This document shows positions 38,460-52,154 of a stretch of 64,000 nt of DNA, piece by piece (positions within the stretch are counted from its first letter, which is position 1; each line of letters starts with the position of its first letter). The stretch covers positions 434,001 through 498,000 of the forward strand of contig OZ287074.1 in assembly GCA_965645245.1 (NCBI GenBank), given 5' to 3'. This stretch comes from Massalongia carnosa (lineage: Eukaryota). The notes under the pieces were generated by a model that did no database searches, had not been told where the DNA came from, and was given only the letters and a program-made list of their open reading frames with translations. The position numbers and the translations under genes were made by a program.

Positions 38460-39192
38460 TTATTCACTAGTGAAGAACAGTTTGCGACCTACTCTACAGT
38501 CTGAAAAGCCGCCTTCAATTTTCACCGGGGCCTGAAGGCCAAAGAGCTCCAACTACATTAGGAGTTAGTATCCCCAAAAATTCTGGTCAAAGAATTCATT
38601 ATAGACTTGCTTGCGCAATGGTTTCCGCTACTGCCGACCTCGGGAAACGACTGCCCCACTTAGGCGGGCCTGTTATCTTTACCCGCAGGGATTTTAGTTT
38701 GTTGTTTTTAACCCAGATGTTTACCAGCATGTCGATTGTTGTCAGCCAAGAGTCGCCGTTCAGGTCCAGTTTTAACAGGACGTATGGAACACTTTGGAGG
38801 GTGGCTTCGCTGATGAACTTGGTAATGTCTACTGCTCTCCCTAGCTGAGCGCTATGTGGCGGTACTGATTCAAGTACAAGCAACTTGCTGTGCAATAGCC
38901 CAATTGCCTCCATGTATATCGTTCGATTTAGCAGGAGAATTGTAGGTGTGATGAGGGTAGGAATATGTGGTTTCATAAAAACGCAACGAGGTCGTATATC
39001 AGATACCCATAAATGCTCGAAGACCTCATATTGCTTTCTCACTTTCTCGAATGGTTGCTTCAGGTCGGGCCAGTCAAGGGTGAGGTCATAGATGACATTG
39101 CGCAACTCTGCGGGTAGTCTGAAAAATAATGAGGTTGATTTTGCGAGCGCTGAATCCTGAATTTCACTATTTTTATTATCGCTCGGTGCCAT
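38460..39192 (-). CDS. Hypothetical protein with F-box-like N-terminal motif (2 exons, GC-AG intron)
   Basis: SLFFRLPAELRNVIYDL and ILLLNRTIYMEAI; intron 38553-38610 (GCAAGT...CTAAC...TAG) adds LELFGLQAPVKIEGG...*. Confidence 0.7.
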
Positions 39193-40012
39193 GATGCAAT
39201 CGTGGTAGAGTCGCAGATGAGGTGTGCTTTATTTCTGTTGGTATTCTGTATTCTTATGATGATTTGCTGCCTATCGGAGCACGCAAGCCAGCTTTAGCAG
39301 GCTTACGCATTGAAGGCTACCATTATTCTTCTTCAGGCTTCAGGCGATGAAACCTTGAGCGTATGTATGAGATGTGTGTTCATACGGAGGGGTAAGTACT
39401 CTGTACAGAGCATAGAGTAAATGATTAAGCTCTCTGACGACAAGATAACAATCAAGCCCATTAGGCTACTATGAGTATTAGTTACTGTGTAACGTAATAG
39501 AACTGTATCCTTGATAAGTAAATACCATATTGAATTATCGAATTATGTATCCGTATTAGTATAGGTTAATATCTGACGGAGTACTTTGTACAAACTACAG
39601 GACCAACCATCTAGTTAACTCTTTAGGGTTAGAACCTGTGGGAACCCAACGGGCATATGACACGAATTCTATCTCTCTTGATCATAATCCGTTTAAAGTA
39701 CTTCGTACTTTGGAATGTTGCTGCTTTTCTGCTTGATTATGAGAGTAATGTCCTGTCTGACTAGAAAAAGATACGACTTGCTCATCTCTGCTTTTGCAAC
39801 ACGCTTCCTATGGGTGATTTGCGTCTCTTTAGCGTGATGTCGTTGGCAACCTTTCGGCAAAACAGAATCCTGGTCATGCCAATGACGAAACGCCATCACT
39901 GGCACCGCTTGTCAATCTCACTCTCATTCTCACACATTTCCTGTTTCTCGCTGAACATCTACAATTTCCTTCTTGAACCAGATGCCCAATCATCTGTCTA
40001 ATTCACTTCACC

Positions 40013-43000
40013 ATGTCAAGTAGGGAAAATGGCACTCTGGAGCGCAACAACTCACAATTATCCAATGCTTCACATAGACCTGGCGCTGGGCGAACTAGAT
40101 CCAGGAAACAATCTTTGGTAACCCCAAATTCAGCCAAATCTCTCGTCTCTTTTCCTTCTCTTTCTCCCGACAACTCCCCTGGCCCGAATGACGATGCCAA
40201 GTTCGTCTCTAACCCATTCACCCAGCCCAGCCCTAGCGTACCTCGTAAGCCTCCACCAATATCTCCTTCAATAGTTGAGTCCCTAATCAGAAGTACACCG
40301 TCATTTCGAGGGCGCTCGGCACTCTTTGGAGACTCTCCAAAAGGTAGCGGGAAAGATGTTCCAGGAGCTCTCCACCTGTCCAGCGATGATCACCTACAAG
40401 CCTTGATCACAAAGTCCGGCGCAATCAGCCTAGTTCGGCAACTCGCAGAAGATCTAGCACAGCGAGATGCGGAAATGACCGCCTTGCGACGTCGAGCAGA
40501 AGAGAGAGAAAGGGAGCTGAAACGGATGCTTCGAGAAGCGGAAGTTTCTAATCTGGATATTGAAACAAGGTTACATCGGGTAGGCAAAGCTAGCGATAGC
40601 TCGATGGTAACCGGACTACAGGACAGTCGTCCGAAGGCTGATGTGATAAAACCTGGGGCCGGGGAAAGGATTGCGAGCGTTATGAATGGAATCGATGCGA
40701 TGATGGGTGAAGCAATGAAAGACCATGTGGGCCTGCAATCCGAACTAGATGAAAACTATCTAGACTCGCTGGAAGCCCGAGATAGCCATACAATGGTCAG
40801 GGCAACAGGAGCGAGCCCCCGAGAGAACGATATACGCTCAACACACTCAAGCGCTAATTCACAAGGCCCTGGAAATACTGTGAGAGGTTGGAAAGATTAT
40901 TTATGGAATGGAAACATAAATAGTCGCAAGACTAGCCGAGCCAGTAGCGTTGTTGGCGAATACAACGAAGATCTGGGAGCTGCTGTGAAGGTTACAGCTC
41001 CCAGTATCGGAAAAAGTCGCAGAAGCGGACTCAATGATGATCTCTTTCAATCGCCTCAGCGCAGTCTTACTATGCAAAGTGGCAGCTCGGACTCTCAGTC
41101 GAGGAAGTCATCGATGTCTGTGGCATCCTGGACGATGAAACTCTTTGCAGGAAACCCTCAAGCCGGTCGTGACACCGAAGGCCACAGCACCGTAAGAGGC
41201 CGATCTGCGACTACTGGCAGCGGCGCGGGGAAATTTACAAGGGCTCCATCAAATACCTCAGGGCCACCGCTGCCTACCTCAGCCAAAGCAGCCTTGATGA
41301 AGGTGAATAATATGAGTCTTAACTCTCGACCTTTTAGGAAAACCGCTCCTCCTCTCAACTTGAGCTCAAACGGAACCCGGAAAGTAAATTCACAATCTTC
41401 GAGCTCCCAGCTTCCAAACAGTCCGCAATCTATGACTGTAGTAACAAATCTTGGTCCGGTTGAAATGGATACAATTCTCCCGCTGGACTCAAAACCTCCA
41501 ACCCTAACGCAGACTAATGGTAATATGCATGCATCGGAGTTTCTAACAGATAGGTTTGGTTTCATTTATGATCAACGACGACGAAAAAGGGAAGCAGATG
41601 CGCTTAGTCTCAGGCCCAACGGTGGCACTGAGCTGCTCGGGGGTTCCCGTGATCCTATGAAAATCAATGATAAAAATAAACCAGACGACAACACGAAGAC
41701 TGAATCTATAGAGCAGTCCAAAACGCCAGCTTCCATCGACGACAAGCCTGACGAGAAACCAACAAAGCGATGGCAGGATTATCTGAAAGTTGCTACGTTC
41801 CCAACTGAGCTACTTGTACATACACCATTATCTAATTCAACCACGAGCGTCACAAGCGCAGATTTGCCAACTACTTTAAGACAGTCCGCAACTTTGGGTG
41901 ATGTCCGGGGGTCGCTTCCGTCCAGCAGTCTCAATCCACAGCCTTCAGCCTCCCCCATCACCGCCAACAATGCTGAGATCGCAAAACCTTCTACGAATGC
42001 CTCGGCCTCCCGCTTAAAACATGTAACCACAGATGCTGAGCCAGTGAAGATGCTTCTAGCACAGTTGACTGAGCTGCACGACTCGCTTCAGCGCGAACGA
42101 ACTGTAAAGTGGAACGAGTTCTTAAGAAAAGTTCGGGCTGAACGGAAGAAAGAGGGTGGATCAGCACTACATACCGATGCTCGTTCCAAGCAAGCCATGC
42201 CGGAAATGACCTTGGCTGATGGCGAGATGATTGGTGTAGCCGGCCTCGGCAACAGGGGCAAAGTGGGCCGGGCGAAATGGAAAGAACTTAAGCAACTGAT
42301 TCTGGCCGGTATCCCCGTCGCCTATCGCGCTAAAATTTGGGCTGAATGCAGCGGCGCCTCTGCTCTCCGCGTGCCTGGCTACTACGACGATCTCGTCAGC
42401 AACGGGGTCGATGATCCAGTAATCTTAGCCCAGATTCAAATGGACATCCGCCGCACGTTGACGGACAACGTGTTCTTCCGCAAGGGGCCAGGCGTTGCCA
42501 AGCTACACGAGGTTCTGCTCGCCTACTCACGCCGCAACCCCGAGGTTGGCTACTGCCAGGGAATGAACCTTATCGCCGCCTCCCTCCTGCTTATCATGCC
42601 CTCGGCTGAAGATACCTTCTGGGTACTGAGCAGCATAATTGAAAATATCCTCCCGCGCCACTACTACGACCACTCTTTGCTCGCCTCGCGCGCGGACCAG
42701 CAAGTGCTGCGGCAGTACGTGGCGGAGATCCTGCCTCGCTTATCGGCGCACCTAGACGCGCTAGGCATCGAGCTTGAGGCACTCACGTTCCAGTGGTTTC
42801 TATCCGTCTTCACCGATTGCTTGTCCGCCGAAGCGCTCTTTCGTGTCTGGGATGTGGTGCTTTGCTCCAACGACGGCAGCACATTTTTGTTTCAGGTTGC
42901 GCTCGCGCTGCTGAAGCTGAATGAGGGGGCGCTGTTGGCATGTGAGACCGCGGCGGGGGTGTACGGGTACATTGGGCACGAGATGACGGATCATGCGATT

Positions 43001-43246
43001 AGCATTGATGGGCTTGTTCGAGCGAGCGATGGGCTAAGGAAAGTGGTTAAGAGGAGCGAGGTTGAGGAGAGGAGACAGAAGGCGGTGGAAGGGGAAAGAG
43101 TAAGGGGGAGGGATGAGAGTAGGGGAGGCAGTCCAAGCAGAAGCGGAAATGGGAGTGCGAGCTTGAGCGGGAGTGAGGCGGAGCTGAAGCTGAAGGATCC
43201 GGTGCCTGTGGAAGATGAAGAGGGACTTACGGCTGTGACAGGCTGA
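40013..43246 (+). CDS. TBC-domain Rab GTPase-activating protein
   Basis: Single 1077-aa ORF; LTDRFGFIYD, GIPVAYRAKIW, IQMDIRRT (IxxDxxR), GYCQGMN and FQWFLSVF. Confidence 0.93.
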   Translation: MSSRENGTLERNNSQLSNASHRPGAGRTRSRKQSLVTPNSAKSLVSFPSLSPDNSPGPNDDAKFVSNPFTQPSPSVPRKPPPISPSIVESLIRSTPSFRGRSALFGDSPKGSGKDVPGALHLSSDDHLQALITKSGAISLVRQLAEDLAQRDAEMTALRRRAEERERELKRMLREAEVSNLDIETRLHRVGKASDSSMVTGLQDSRPKADVIKPGAGERIASVMNGIDAMMGEAMKDHVGLQSELDENYLDSLEARDSHTMVRATGASPRENDIRSTHSSANSQGPGNTVRGWKDYLWNGNINSRKTSRASSVVGEYNEDLGAAVKVTAPSIGKSRRSGLNDDLFQSPQRSLTMQSGSSDSQSRKSSMSVASWTMKLFAGNPQAGRDTEGHSTVRGRSATTGSGAGKFTRAPSNTSGPPLPTSAKAALMKVNNMSLNSRPFRKTAPPLNLSSNGTRKVNSQSSSSQLPNSPQSMTVVTNLGPVEMDTILPLDSKPPTLTQTNGNMHASEFLTDRFGFIYDQRRRKREADALSLRPNGGTELLGGSRDPMKINDKNKPDDNTKTESIEQSKTPASIDDKPDEKPTKRWQDYLKVATFPTELLVHTPLSNSTTSVTSADLPTTLRQSATLGDVRGSLPSSSLNPQPSASPITANNAEIAKPSTNASASRLKHVTTDAEPVKMLLAQLTELHDSLQRERTVKWNEFLRKVRAERKKEGGSALHTDARSKQAMPEMTLADGEMIGVAGLGNRGKVGRAKWKELKQLILAGIPVAYRAKIWAECSGASALRVPGYYDDLVSNGVDDPVILAQIQMDIRRTLTDNVFFRKGPGVAKLHEVLLAYSRRNPEVGYCQGMNLIAASLLLIMPSAEDTFWVLSSIIENILPRHYYDHSLLASRADQQVLRQYVAEILPRLSAHLDALGIELEALTFQWFLSVFTDCLSAEALFRVWDVVLCSNDGSTFLFQVALALLKLNEGALLACETAAGVYGYIGHEMTDHAISIDGLVRASDGLRKVVKRSEVEERRQKAVEGERVRGRDESRGGSPSRSGNGSASLSGSEAELKLKDPVPVEDEEGLTAVTG

Positions 43247-44433
43247 TATGAAGGAGTTTCCTGACCGAAAACTGCAAATCCAACAAGTCGCCAGGGCGGA
43301 AGTCGGCAGATGCCGCCTTCCCTTCTAGACATCCATTCTTCTTATCATGGCAGAGGAGCCTTAAAGGAGAGGTTCCTTTTAGGGTACGGGACGGAAGCGG
43401 TTACGGATATAAAATGATACCCAATTTGTGATTCTTAAGGGGGGTAACGGTTGAAATGGCATGCCTAGGTTTACAAGACCTTTGTAGATTTAAACATGAA
43501 GCCTGGGATTATGATTTCAATTGGAACGAAAGATGTGGACGCTCCTTTCCATTGAGTATAGTCTCCTTGAAGGAAACCCTAAAGAAACTTCTCCTACTGA
43601 ATCGCCCCCTTCCCCCAGATCAGTTTGTAATGCTAATAAACGTTTTCCCTTCCTCCCTGATTAACTATCAATGGTGAGTATTCTATTTTATTATTGTTGA
43701 CATAGTCGATTGTTTCCCTCACATTATTGCCTTATCTCCCATAGCGTTTACATTTTCGACAGAGTTCTTAGAATTGTATTGTCATTTCGGAACGCTACAT
43801 GTCTTGCAAAAATCGTGGACAACAACCTCTTGGTAAAGAGATGGATAGAAGCGTTACCAGAGGAAGAGAACAGGCGGCAGGGAGAAGGTATGGAGATTGA
43901 GAGAGAGAAAGATGCATGAAAATAAGTTGGGGAGAAGACTGAGGGATGTTTGTCTTTTGGGGGGAAACCAAACTGTCTGTGCAGTGAGTCGCTCCTCACA
44001 CTCGAGGGTTTTCATTTATGTGATTGAGCCATTTCTGCATAACGGTGTAAATCTCCTGAATTAGGTCTGTACTTATACTTTGTGGCTTTCTCCACTTTCA
44101 TGAGGTGCACCGATGATGTTTTTGCCGAATGAGTGCAAGGCTAGGGATAAAGCCTCTACAGCAATGTGAGTAAGCTGGCAAATGTTTATGAAGGGAAAGC
44201 AGAACAAGTGGCCAGTACACATCTCTAGGGAAATGAAGGAGGTGAGCATGTTGGATGAACGTTGAATCGGAAAATAACCGCTAACTCGTGCTACCAGTCA
44301 GTCAAAACAAGGGGGCACTAGTAATAATCACGTGGCGATTAATCCACCCAATCAGGGGTTGCTTAACAAAGGTGTTCCTTCCTAGGTATTCGGTCTCAAA
44401 GTCTCTCGTCGAGCTTGAAGCCTTTGTCACGTC

Positions 44434-47400
44434 ATGGCTTTGACATCGGTGCGATGGACTCGAGAACCTTGAATTCGAATATTCTACTAATAACAACGTT
44501 AGTGGAAAACCTTCAATTTCTTTGATGTGACGGAGATAAAGCTTTCCGACGATGATGAAAGCTCGTCGGCTTTCGATGTTAGTATATTATTTGCTATGTC
44601 CTCTTTACGCCTCGCTAAAAACGAAAGGGTAATGATTATGGATGTATCTGCTCAGGCTCAGAGAACATTTTCCTAGGAAGCAATGATGGCTATGTGCGTA
44701 TCTTCTCTCAGGCCTTCAAGGTTGTTCGGACCTTTCAGGCGCACGAAACTGGTTCCATCACGCATATGAAACAAGTGGATGGCACAGCGCTATTGGTTAC
44801 GATTGCTGAAGATTTGTCCAATGAGCCCGTGCTAAAGGTGTGGGCTCTCGACAAGACGGAGAAGAAGACTGGCGCACCGAAATGTCTATCTAGTCTTTCC
44901 ATTCACAATGGCAAAAAGCAGTTCCCTGTAGGCCTCTTATGTTGTTCTCCCCAGGAATAATATTGACGGCTCTAGATTTCGGCGTTCGCAGCTCTAGAGA
45001 ATCTTTCACAGCTTGCCGTTGGTTTTGCTAATGGGTCAGTGACGGTGATCAGGGGAGACTTGATCAACGATAGAGGCGCAAAACAAAGAACCGTCTTCGA
45101 GTCCGAGGAGCCCATTACCGGGGTCGAGTTTCGGGAAGGGCCTTCAACGCTACTTTATCTTGCCACAACTGGTCGCATACTCACCTTGACAATCACGGGC
45201 AGAGGCCAGGGTCAACCCGCCAAGACTCTAGAAGACATAGGCTGTGGCGTTGGCTGTATGACTGTTGATAGAGCAAACGGAGATATTATCGTAGCTCGAG
45301 ACGATGCCATCTACGCTTACGGAATCAACGGTCGGAAGCCATCCTATGCGTATGAAAGCCCAAAACAACTTATAAGTATATTCAAGGATTATGTGGCTTT
45401 GGTGATACCGCCAAAGCAGGCGACACCAACGAAAATGTCCACATTGCGAAGATTTGTTGGAAGTCGAACTGATAACATGTTCAATACTTCCACTTTTACC
45501 TTGTTGGACACGGACTTGAAGTTTGTCGCCTACACGGAAAGCATCATATCTCAAGTTAGGGCCTTGTTCATGGAATGGGGCGATCTTTTTCTTCTTACGT
45601 TGGAGGGCAAGGTATGTCTTATGCTCCTTAATTGTAAGACACAACGTTAAGCATTTAGTTATTCCGTTATCATGAGAAACCGTTACAACAAAAGCTTGAG
45701 ATCTTCTATCGACGTGACCTGTACGTTCTAGCTATCAGTTATGCTCAAAAAGCTGGGGTGGATTCGACCCAGCAGAATATCATTCTCCGCAAATATGGAG
45801 ACTATCTACACAAAAAAGGAGATTACGATACGGCAATGCAGCAGTATCTCAAAGCGATTGACAACACAGAACCATCACAGGTCATTCGGAAGGTAATATT
45901 CTGCACGGAACCGATAGTTCTTGGTGCTAACCAGCAGCCATAGTTCCTTGACTCCCAAAGAATAAATAATCTAATTGAATATCTTGAGGAATTGCACGAA
46001 CACGGTAGAGCAACTACGGACCACACGACTCTCTTGCTCAATTGCTATGCTAAGCTCAAAGACACCGAAAAGCTCGAGACTTTTATCAAGTCAGGAACAA
46101 ATTTTGATTTAGATACTGCGATAAGTATGTGCCGGCAAGGGGGCTATTATGATCAAGCTGTTTTCTTAGCTAAGAAGAATGGAGAGCATGAGCTTGTCGT
46201 GGACATATTGGTCGAGGATTCGAAAAATTACGAGGAAGCCCTTGATTACATCTGGCGATTGGAATCAGATTCAGCTTATCCGAATTTGATGAGGTATGCA
46301 AGAGTCCTCCTTGAGCATTGTCCAGATGATGCTACTCAGGTCTTCATCGATTATTATACCGGTGAATACCGGCCCAAGAAGGACATACCTCTCCCGGCAC
46401 AGCCGGTCCAGCAAGGTGGTGCAATTGGTGCAGTCCAGAACCTGGCTTCATTTATTCCTTTGCCATATCGTCAGTCACCAGCCGTTACGTCTCCCGCTCC
46501 CACAGGTGATCAACAAGTTGCGTTACAAGAGGCAGACTTAGCTGCAGCCGAAGCGCTAGGTCCCCCGCGAGACTATGATCTGCCAAAGCCAAGGACTGCT
46601 TTCTCTTCATTCGTCGATCATTCTGCCAATTTCATCACTTTCCTAGAAGCTTGTCTAAAACAAGATAATATAACAGAAAGCGACAAGATAGACTTGCACA
46701 CGACCTTGTTTGAAATATACCTTGAGACAGCCAACACAAAGAAAGGCGCGGAGAAAGAGGCCTGGGAAGCAAAAGCGAAAAAACTTATTGAGGGCACAGA
46801 GGTCAGTCTCAACCTTTTCTTTTATATCATTTGTCAACTGATTGTTGTAGACCCCCATTGACACTTCCAACGTGCTCCTACTATCCCACCTATCAAATTT
46901 CCGTGATGGTACAATCCTAGTTCGGGAGCAGCAGGGTCTCCGTTTTGACATCTTCCGCTCTTACACCTCGGCCAACGACACCTCTGGCGCCATCAACGCG
47001 TTGAGGAGGTACGGACCGGAGGAGCCGCAGCTCTACCCAGCCGCCCTAGCATATTTTACATCTAGCCCGCGAATCCTTGAAGAAGCCGGTGATGAACTTG
47101 ACGCCGTGCTTCGGAAAATCGACGAAGACGGCCTCATGGCTCCATTACAGGTAATTCAAACTTTAAGCACCAATGGAGTGGCCACTATGGGCATGGTGAA
47201 GAAATACCTTAGCGACACTCTTGAGCGTGAACGAAAGGAGATATATAACGTATGTCTCCTCCCCTTGAATCTCGCATATGTCTTGCCCATGAAGCTACCC
47301 CCCTACCTCTAACCCTTTTCCCTTTAAAAATGATCAGAACCGCCGCCTCACGGAATCTTATCGCGCCGAAACGACGGCCAAACGCGCCGAACTCGCCTCT

Positions 47401-47763
47401 CTCGGGTCCAGCCCGGCTGTCTTCCAAACAAGACGCTGTTCTGCCTGCGGCGGCACCCTCGACCTCCCCACGCTGCACTTCCTCTGTAAACACAGCTTCC
47501 ACCAGCACTGCCTCGACACCTCCGCTTCCTCCCGTACCCCTCACAACAACCTCACTGGGGACGGGGAGCTAGAATCAGGACCTGAGTGCCCGCTGTGCGC
47601 GGGCGCGAACCGCAACATTCGCGCAATTAGGAAGGCGCAGCAGGAGGCGGCGGGACGGCACGAGCTGTTTCTAGACGCGTTAGGTAGGAGTCGCGATCGG
47701 TTTGGGGTGGTGGGAGAGTTTTTCGGAAGAGGGGTTATGGGCGGTGGGGAGGGGAGCGAGTGA
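44434..47763 (+). CDS. VPS11: Vacuolar protein sorting protein 11 (HOPS/CORVET core), multi-exon
   Basis: MALTS/WKTFNFFDV start; LVTIAEDLSNEPVLKVW; KYGDYLHKKGDYDTAMQQY; DHTTLLLNCYAKLKD; C-terminal RING CSACGGTLDLPTLHFLCKHSFHQHC...ECPLC; EFFGRGVM. Confidence 0.95.
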
Positions 47764-48341
47764 ATGATTGGGCTGGTTTGAATGAATGGTTGGAGGTGGC
47801 GATTCGCTGAGCTGGCGTTCGTGAAAGGAGAGGTTGAGGGGTAAGGTATGGAAACATCTCCACTCAGCCTTATGAACAAGAAAACAAAGTGCTTAAGCAG
47901 GGGTTACGACTTAGGTAGACCGTGACGAGGAGAATCGTCGTGGCTGGACGGACGGACGATCTGTTTTCGGGAAGGCGGGCAAGAAAGATCTAGAGAAATG
48001 AAACCCGGAAAACGAATGGAATGGAACGTCTTCGTGGCGAAACACATCGGGACATGGTCGGACACCCCCCCGGTTGCTAGTTATTACATATTAGATATTT
48101 ACGTTGCCCAGAAGGGTTCTTTTTTCTTTTCCTCGGAAAGATTTTTCGTCTTTTTGGAAATACCTCACTCACCGATTTGATAATATAATGAAGCTAGTTA
48201 CTCCGTATTCGATCACGAACAGAACGATCTATCTCCTTTGCGGTACGGTCCCGTGTCAAAAGTTTCCCACTCTACCCGCGATTTTCGTGATTTCGCGTTT
48301 CAACCCCACCATCCCATCAACTTTGACCTCATCATTTCACT

Positions 48342-49424
48342 ATGCCACGCACTCCGTTGGCTTCAATTTCTGGTAATAAGCCTCGTTATATCGAATTGAA
48401 TCAATGTCAAAGAGGTATGATTATTGGAGCCCAGGCGTTGGGGCATGCACCGGCCGAAATTGCGAAGACATCAAATGTGCCTCGAACCACCGACATTTAC
48501 CCTCTTTAAAAGCACTCAGAACGCAACAACGAGAAATCAAAATCGCGATCGGGTCGGCCTGGAATATTTTCAGATCGCGATAGAAGACGTATCATCAAAC
48601 TTGCACGAATCAATCCACGCATCACCTATGCGCAGCTGCGTACGGAGGCCGGAGTGCAATGCAGTCGATCCACTCTCTATCGGACGCTCAAAGACTACGG
48701 TCTAACAAACTGGCTGGCTAAAAAGCGGCCTTTATTGACGCCCGAGGTGGCAAAGAAGAGATTGGAATGGTGCTTGCTTCGGCGTGAGTGGAATTCTGAG
48801 CAATGGTCGAAAATTATATGGTCAGACGAGTATTCGGTGGAAAAGGGGTCGGGAAAACAGCGTCAATGGATGTTCATATTTCCGGAGGAAAAATGGAAAA
48901 AACCTATGATACAACCGTACGCAAAAAAGGCAAGGAGGTCAAGGTCATGCTATGGGGGGCTTTTTGGAGGAAGGTCGGATCTTTACAAATTGGCTCGCGA
49001 TTTCGAAGCAAAGAAGATGGGGTACTCCGCGAATTCATGTTTGGAATTATTGAACGATAATCTGCTTGGAATTTAGGAACCGGGGCTCATTTTCATGCAG
49101 GATAATGCACCGATTCATACTGCCAAAAAGGTGAAGAAATGGTTCGATGAAAACGGTGTAACAATCATCGATTGGCCTCCATATTCTCCTGATTTGAATC
49201 CCATCGAGCACGTTTGGTATGTGCTCAAACAGCTCGTTTATCAAGTCAATCCGGACATCGATTCGGTGACTGGTAGTGATAATAAGGTCCGCGAGGTCCT
49301 TTGAAAAGCGTTGGAAGAAGCATGGGCCTTGATAGGTGAGGAAATGTTGATAAGTTTAATAGAGAGCATGGAAAGGAGGATTGAAGCTTGCATCCAAGCG
49401 AAAGGATGGTATACGAAATATTAA
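48342..49424 (+). mobile_element. Tc1-like DD34E transposase, degenerate
   Basis: MPRTPLASISGN start; RSGRP; IWSDE; FMQDNAPIH followed by WPPYSPDLNPIEHVW (34 residues between D and E); ends GWYTKY*. Frameshifts and stops present. CAGTGGGGGGTAAAAAGT near 49526 resembles an impala-type end, but a matching TIR pair was not found. Confidence 0.92.
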
Positions 49425-49832
49425 AAATATATTTCTCAGCCTAAATTCCTTGCTAGAATTTATGTAATCATCGTACGAAGTTTCAAGGCATCAAAATAAA
49501 AACTTGGTGGTTGATAATTCAAAGCAGTGGGGGGTAAAAAGTTGATTGGGGGGACTACTTCGGATTTTTTTCCGGATCAATCGATTTCGCCTAGCTAGTC
49601 AAGTAGATCTTTTGGTTACTAGCAAGATCTTCTCGATTACAAAACATTAAGCAAAGGTTTCTTTGCGCTGCCGGAATTAACTAACTAGGCAGTCACCGCA
49701 CGGCTGGAGAGTGGAATCGTGCAAAAATGTATGTATGTATGTATGGTTCGACTGCTTTGGAAGTTTTGGCACCCGCTCCTTTTATACCTACGCTGTGGAA
49801 ACCCAGACTGGTTACGATCTTCATGTTTCTTT

Positions 49833-50751
49833 TCAACATTCTCGCCAGAACTTCTTCAGTCGACTGGTGCGACAACGGATGCTAGCTTCTCGGGCCACAA
49901 TCTCGCGAGGAAAATATCGACTGTCCGCTTCGTCCACATCTTGATAGGGGTTGATGATGAGATCGTTGACGTTGTTCTCGAGGATGGAATCATACTCATC
50001 ATTGGAAACGCCGGTCTTGTCGTTGGATTTGGAATCATCATCGCTGGGAATGCTCGTTGCGTCCTTGCTGGACAGCCCATCGCCTGAGCTAGAAGGTTCA
50101 GACATGACGTACGTGGAACTTCCAGCGTCGACCTTTCCTTTGTTATTGAAGGAACTGTCCAAGGAGTTTATTTTTTCGTCTTTGTTTCCCGCCGTCCTTG
50201 GGCCATATTTGAGAATGAAATAGGGACTTGTGATATCGATGTTATTATACTTTTTAGTGCAGCACTGATCCTTAAGCTGATGATTATCGTCCTCGGCTTG
50301 GATTGCTTGTTCCCGGGGAATTAGCTCGCATACCCTACAGCGCCCCCCCATCCGCCCCCACAGGATGCCCGAGTACTTACGTTGACGCCCTTCATCTACG
50401 AGGCAGTAGGACGAGGTGATGAAGACGTTGGCGTAGTATGCCGGCCAGGTGAACACCATCTGGCAGGAAGGGCTCGCGTATTTGATACCTTGGTTGAGAG
50501 GGAAGCCCACTGAAATGGTCGCCGAGGCTTCCGGGCCAGAGGAAACGATACCAGCGGGACTGTAACCCCATCCCTTACACGTAGATTGGTCATCGACCCT
50601 GATGCAGCCTGTATCGGTATACTGACGTTGACCTTGAGAGCTGATCATTACGAAGGCTGACGAGACGGTAGATACGCACCACGCTGGTCGTTGCAAAAGC
50701 AATGGAAGCAATTCCCGCGCAAACAATCGACGGCGTAAGACCAAAGTGCAT
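49833..50751 (-). CDS. Hypothetical secreted Cys-containing protein (tentative model)
   Basis: MHFGLTPSIVCAGIASIAFATTSV is signal-peptide-like and is followed by a GTGCGT donor; a second GTAAGT donor lies near 50380; the long open frame has several Cys and an acidic/Ser tail. No family recognised. Confidence 0.4.
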
Positions 50752-52154
50752 TTTGACCAATGGACTGTACCAAGAATACCTCGTTCAGTGCGTGGTTGAA
50801 AGCAGTATGTCTGATATATATCCACAGGCAACAGTGCTTGGAATTTTATGAGTTGACCGAGGTCGAAAAGCCACGCCCTCTATATAGATTGCAACCATCA
50901 TGGAATTGTTTAAGTTCCTGAAACCGGACGAGGATAACCACTTTGCCTGTTGGTGAATTATATGAGCGAATGACCATATGCGGTTTTCGGTGGAATTTCC
51001 AGCATCGGGTAGAGCCTTTCACCACCTGCGAACTATTCTCTTAGCAGCGTCTTCGCATCCGCTTCCTTTCCCCTGGGGGGGCCTCAGCGATCACAAGGCC
51101 ATTGGCCATACATTGGGGACTGGCATATAGAGGGGCGGAGTTCGGAGGAGACGGGAGTCTGTTATGTAAAAAAAATAAAATAAAAAAAAGAGTGGTGAAT
51201 TCGAAGTCTCGACGAAGAATCCCAGCCTGGAACCCAAGACAACGTCAAGGGAACTTTACATCGACCTGAACATTGGAGGGTTGCCAGAAATCGATAATAG
51301 CGAAAGACCCGCTAAGGCATTGGATGGGGGTACTTTTCTTTTCTTTTTCTTTTTTTGGCAGAAAGTCCTAAATCTCACAACTGCCGAGGACCCCCCCTTC
51401 GATGATTGGGTTTCCCCAGATGGGAATTCCAACCCCTAGGTTCACCTCATGGTTCGAGGCCCATTGCATTGCATTGCGTTGTTTGACACGAAGAAACGAA
51501 AAGGGTACGAAGAAAAAAAAACATTGGCATTCTGATCACATGGCTATTTGATCCTCAGCGACCTGGCGGAGCCAAAGGCGTCGCCATGCATGCAGGGTGC
51601 GAAGTATGAAACGTCCCCGGGAAGTGTCGAGGAATCCAGTTCGTCCACGGCGAAGTGCCGAACTTAGTTGGTCAGGTGATAGGATTTGTATGGACGACGT
51701 CATTATCAATGGCAATGAACTGCCCTATGGCGCTGTTACTGGATAGGGATGGAAGTAGTGGTTCAGAAAAATGTATATATTTTGTATATAGTAGTATGCC
51801 GGTTGTATCGAAGAAGATAGTAACTCTCAAAACAAGTCCGTCAAATCGTATTCTTCACCTCTCTGGAGGCTGATTCCTATCTGGCTAGGTACTTGTTCTG
51901 TAGGTATAACTGAGGGTGGAGGGGAAAAACAATGTATCGGCGGCTGCTCCAAGCATCGTAAAGAGAGCGCTGCATAGCAAAAGTAACCCCTCAGGAAACA
52001 CGCGATGCCGCGATGCCGCGCTGTTCAGTAACCAAATGTCCAGTACATGATCCACGCCATCAGGGATACCCTCCCTCCCAAGAGTACATCCGTTGCCGCA
52101 AAATAAAAACCGTCCCTCCCCTCATCACCAATCCGCCGGCCATGTACATACCAT

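Noticed and set aside
34473..39192. Halogenated-metabolite gene cluster around the chloroperoxidase
   Set aside because: No PKS, NRPS, transporter or tailoring genes adjacent.
48050..49570. Exact TIRs and TA TSD for the DD34E element
   Set aside because: The right end looks impala-like but no convincing complementary left end was found.
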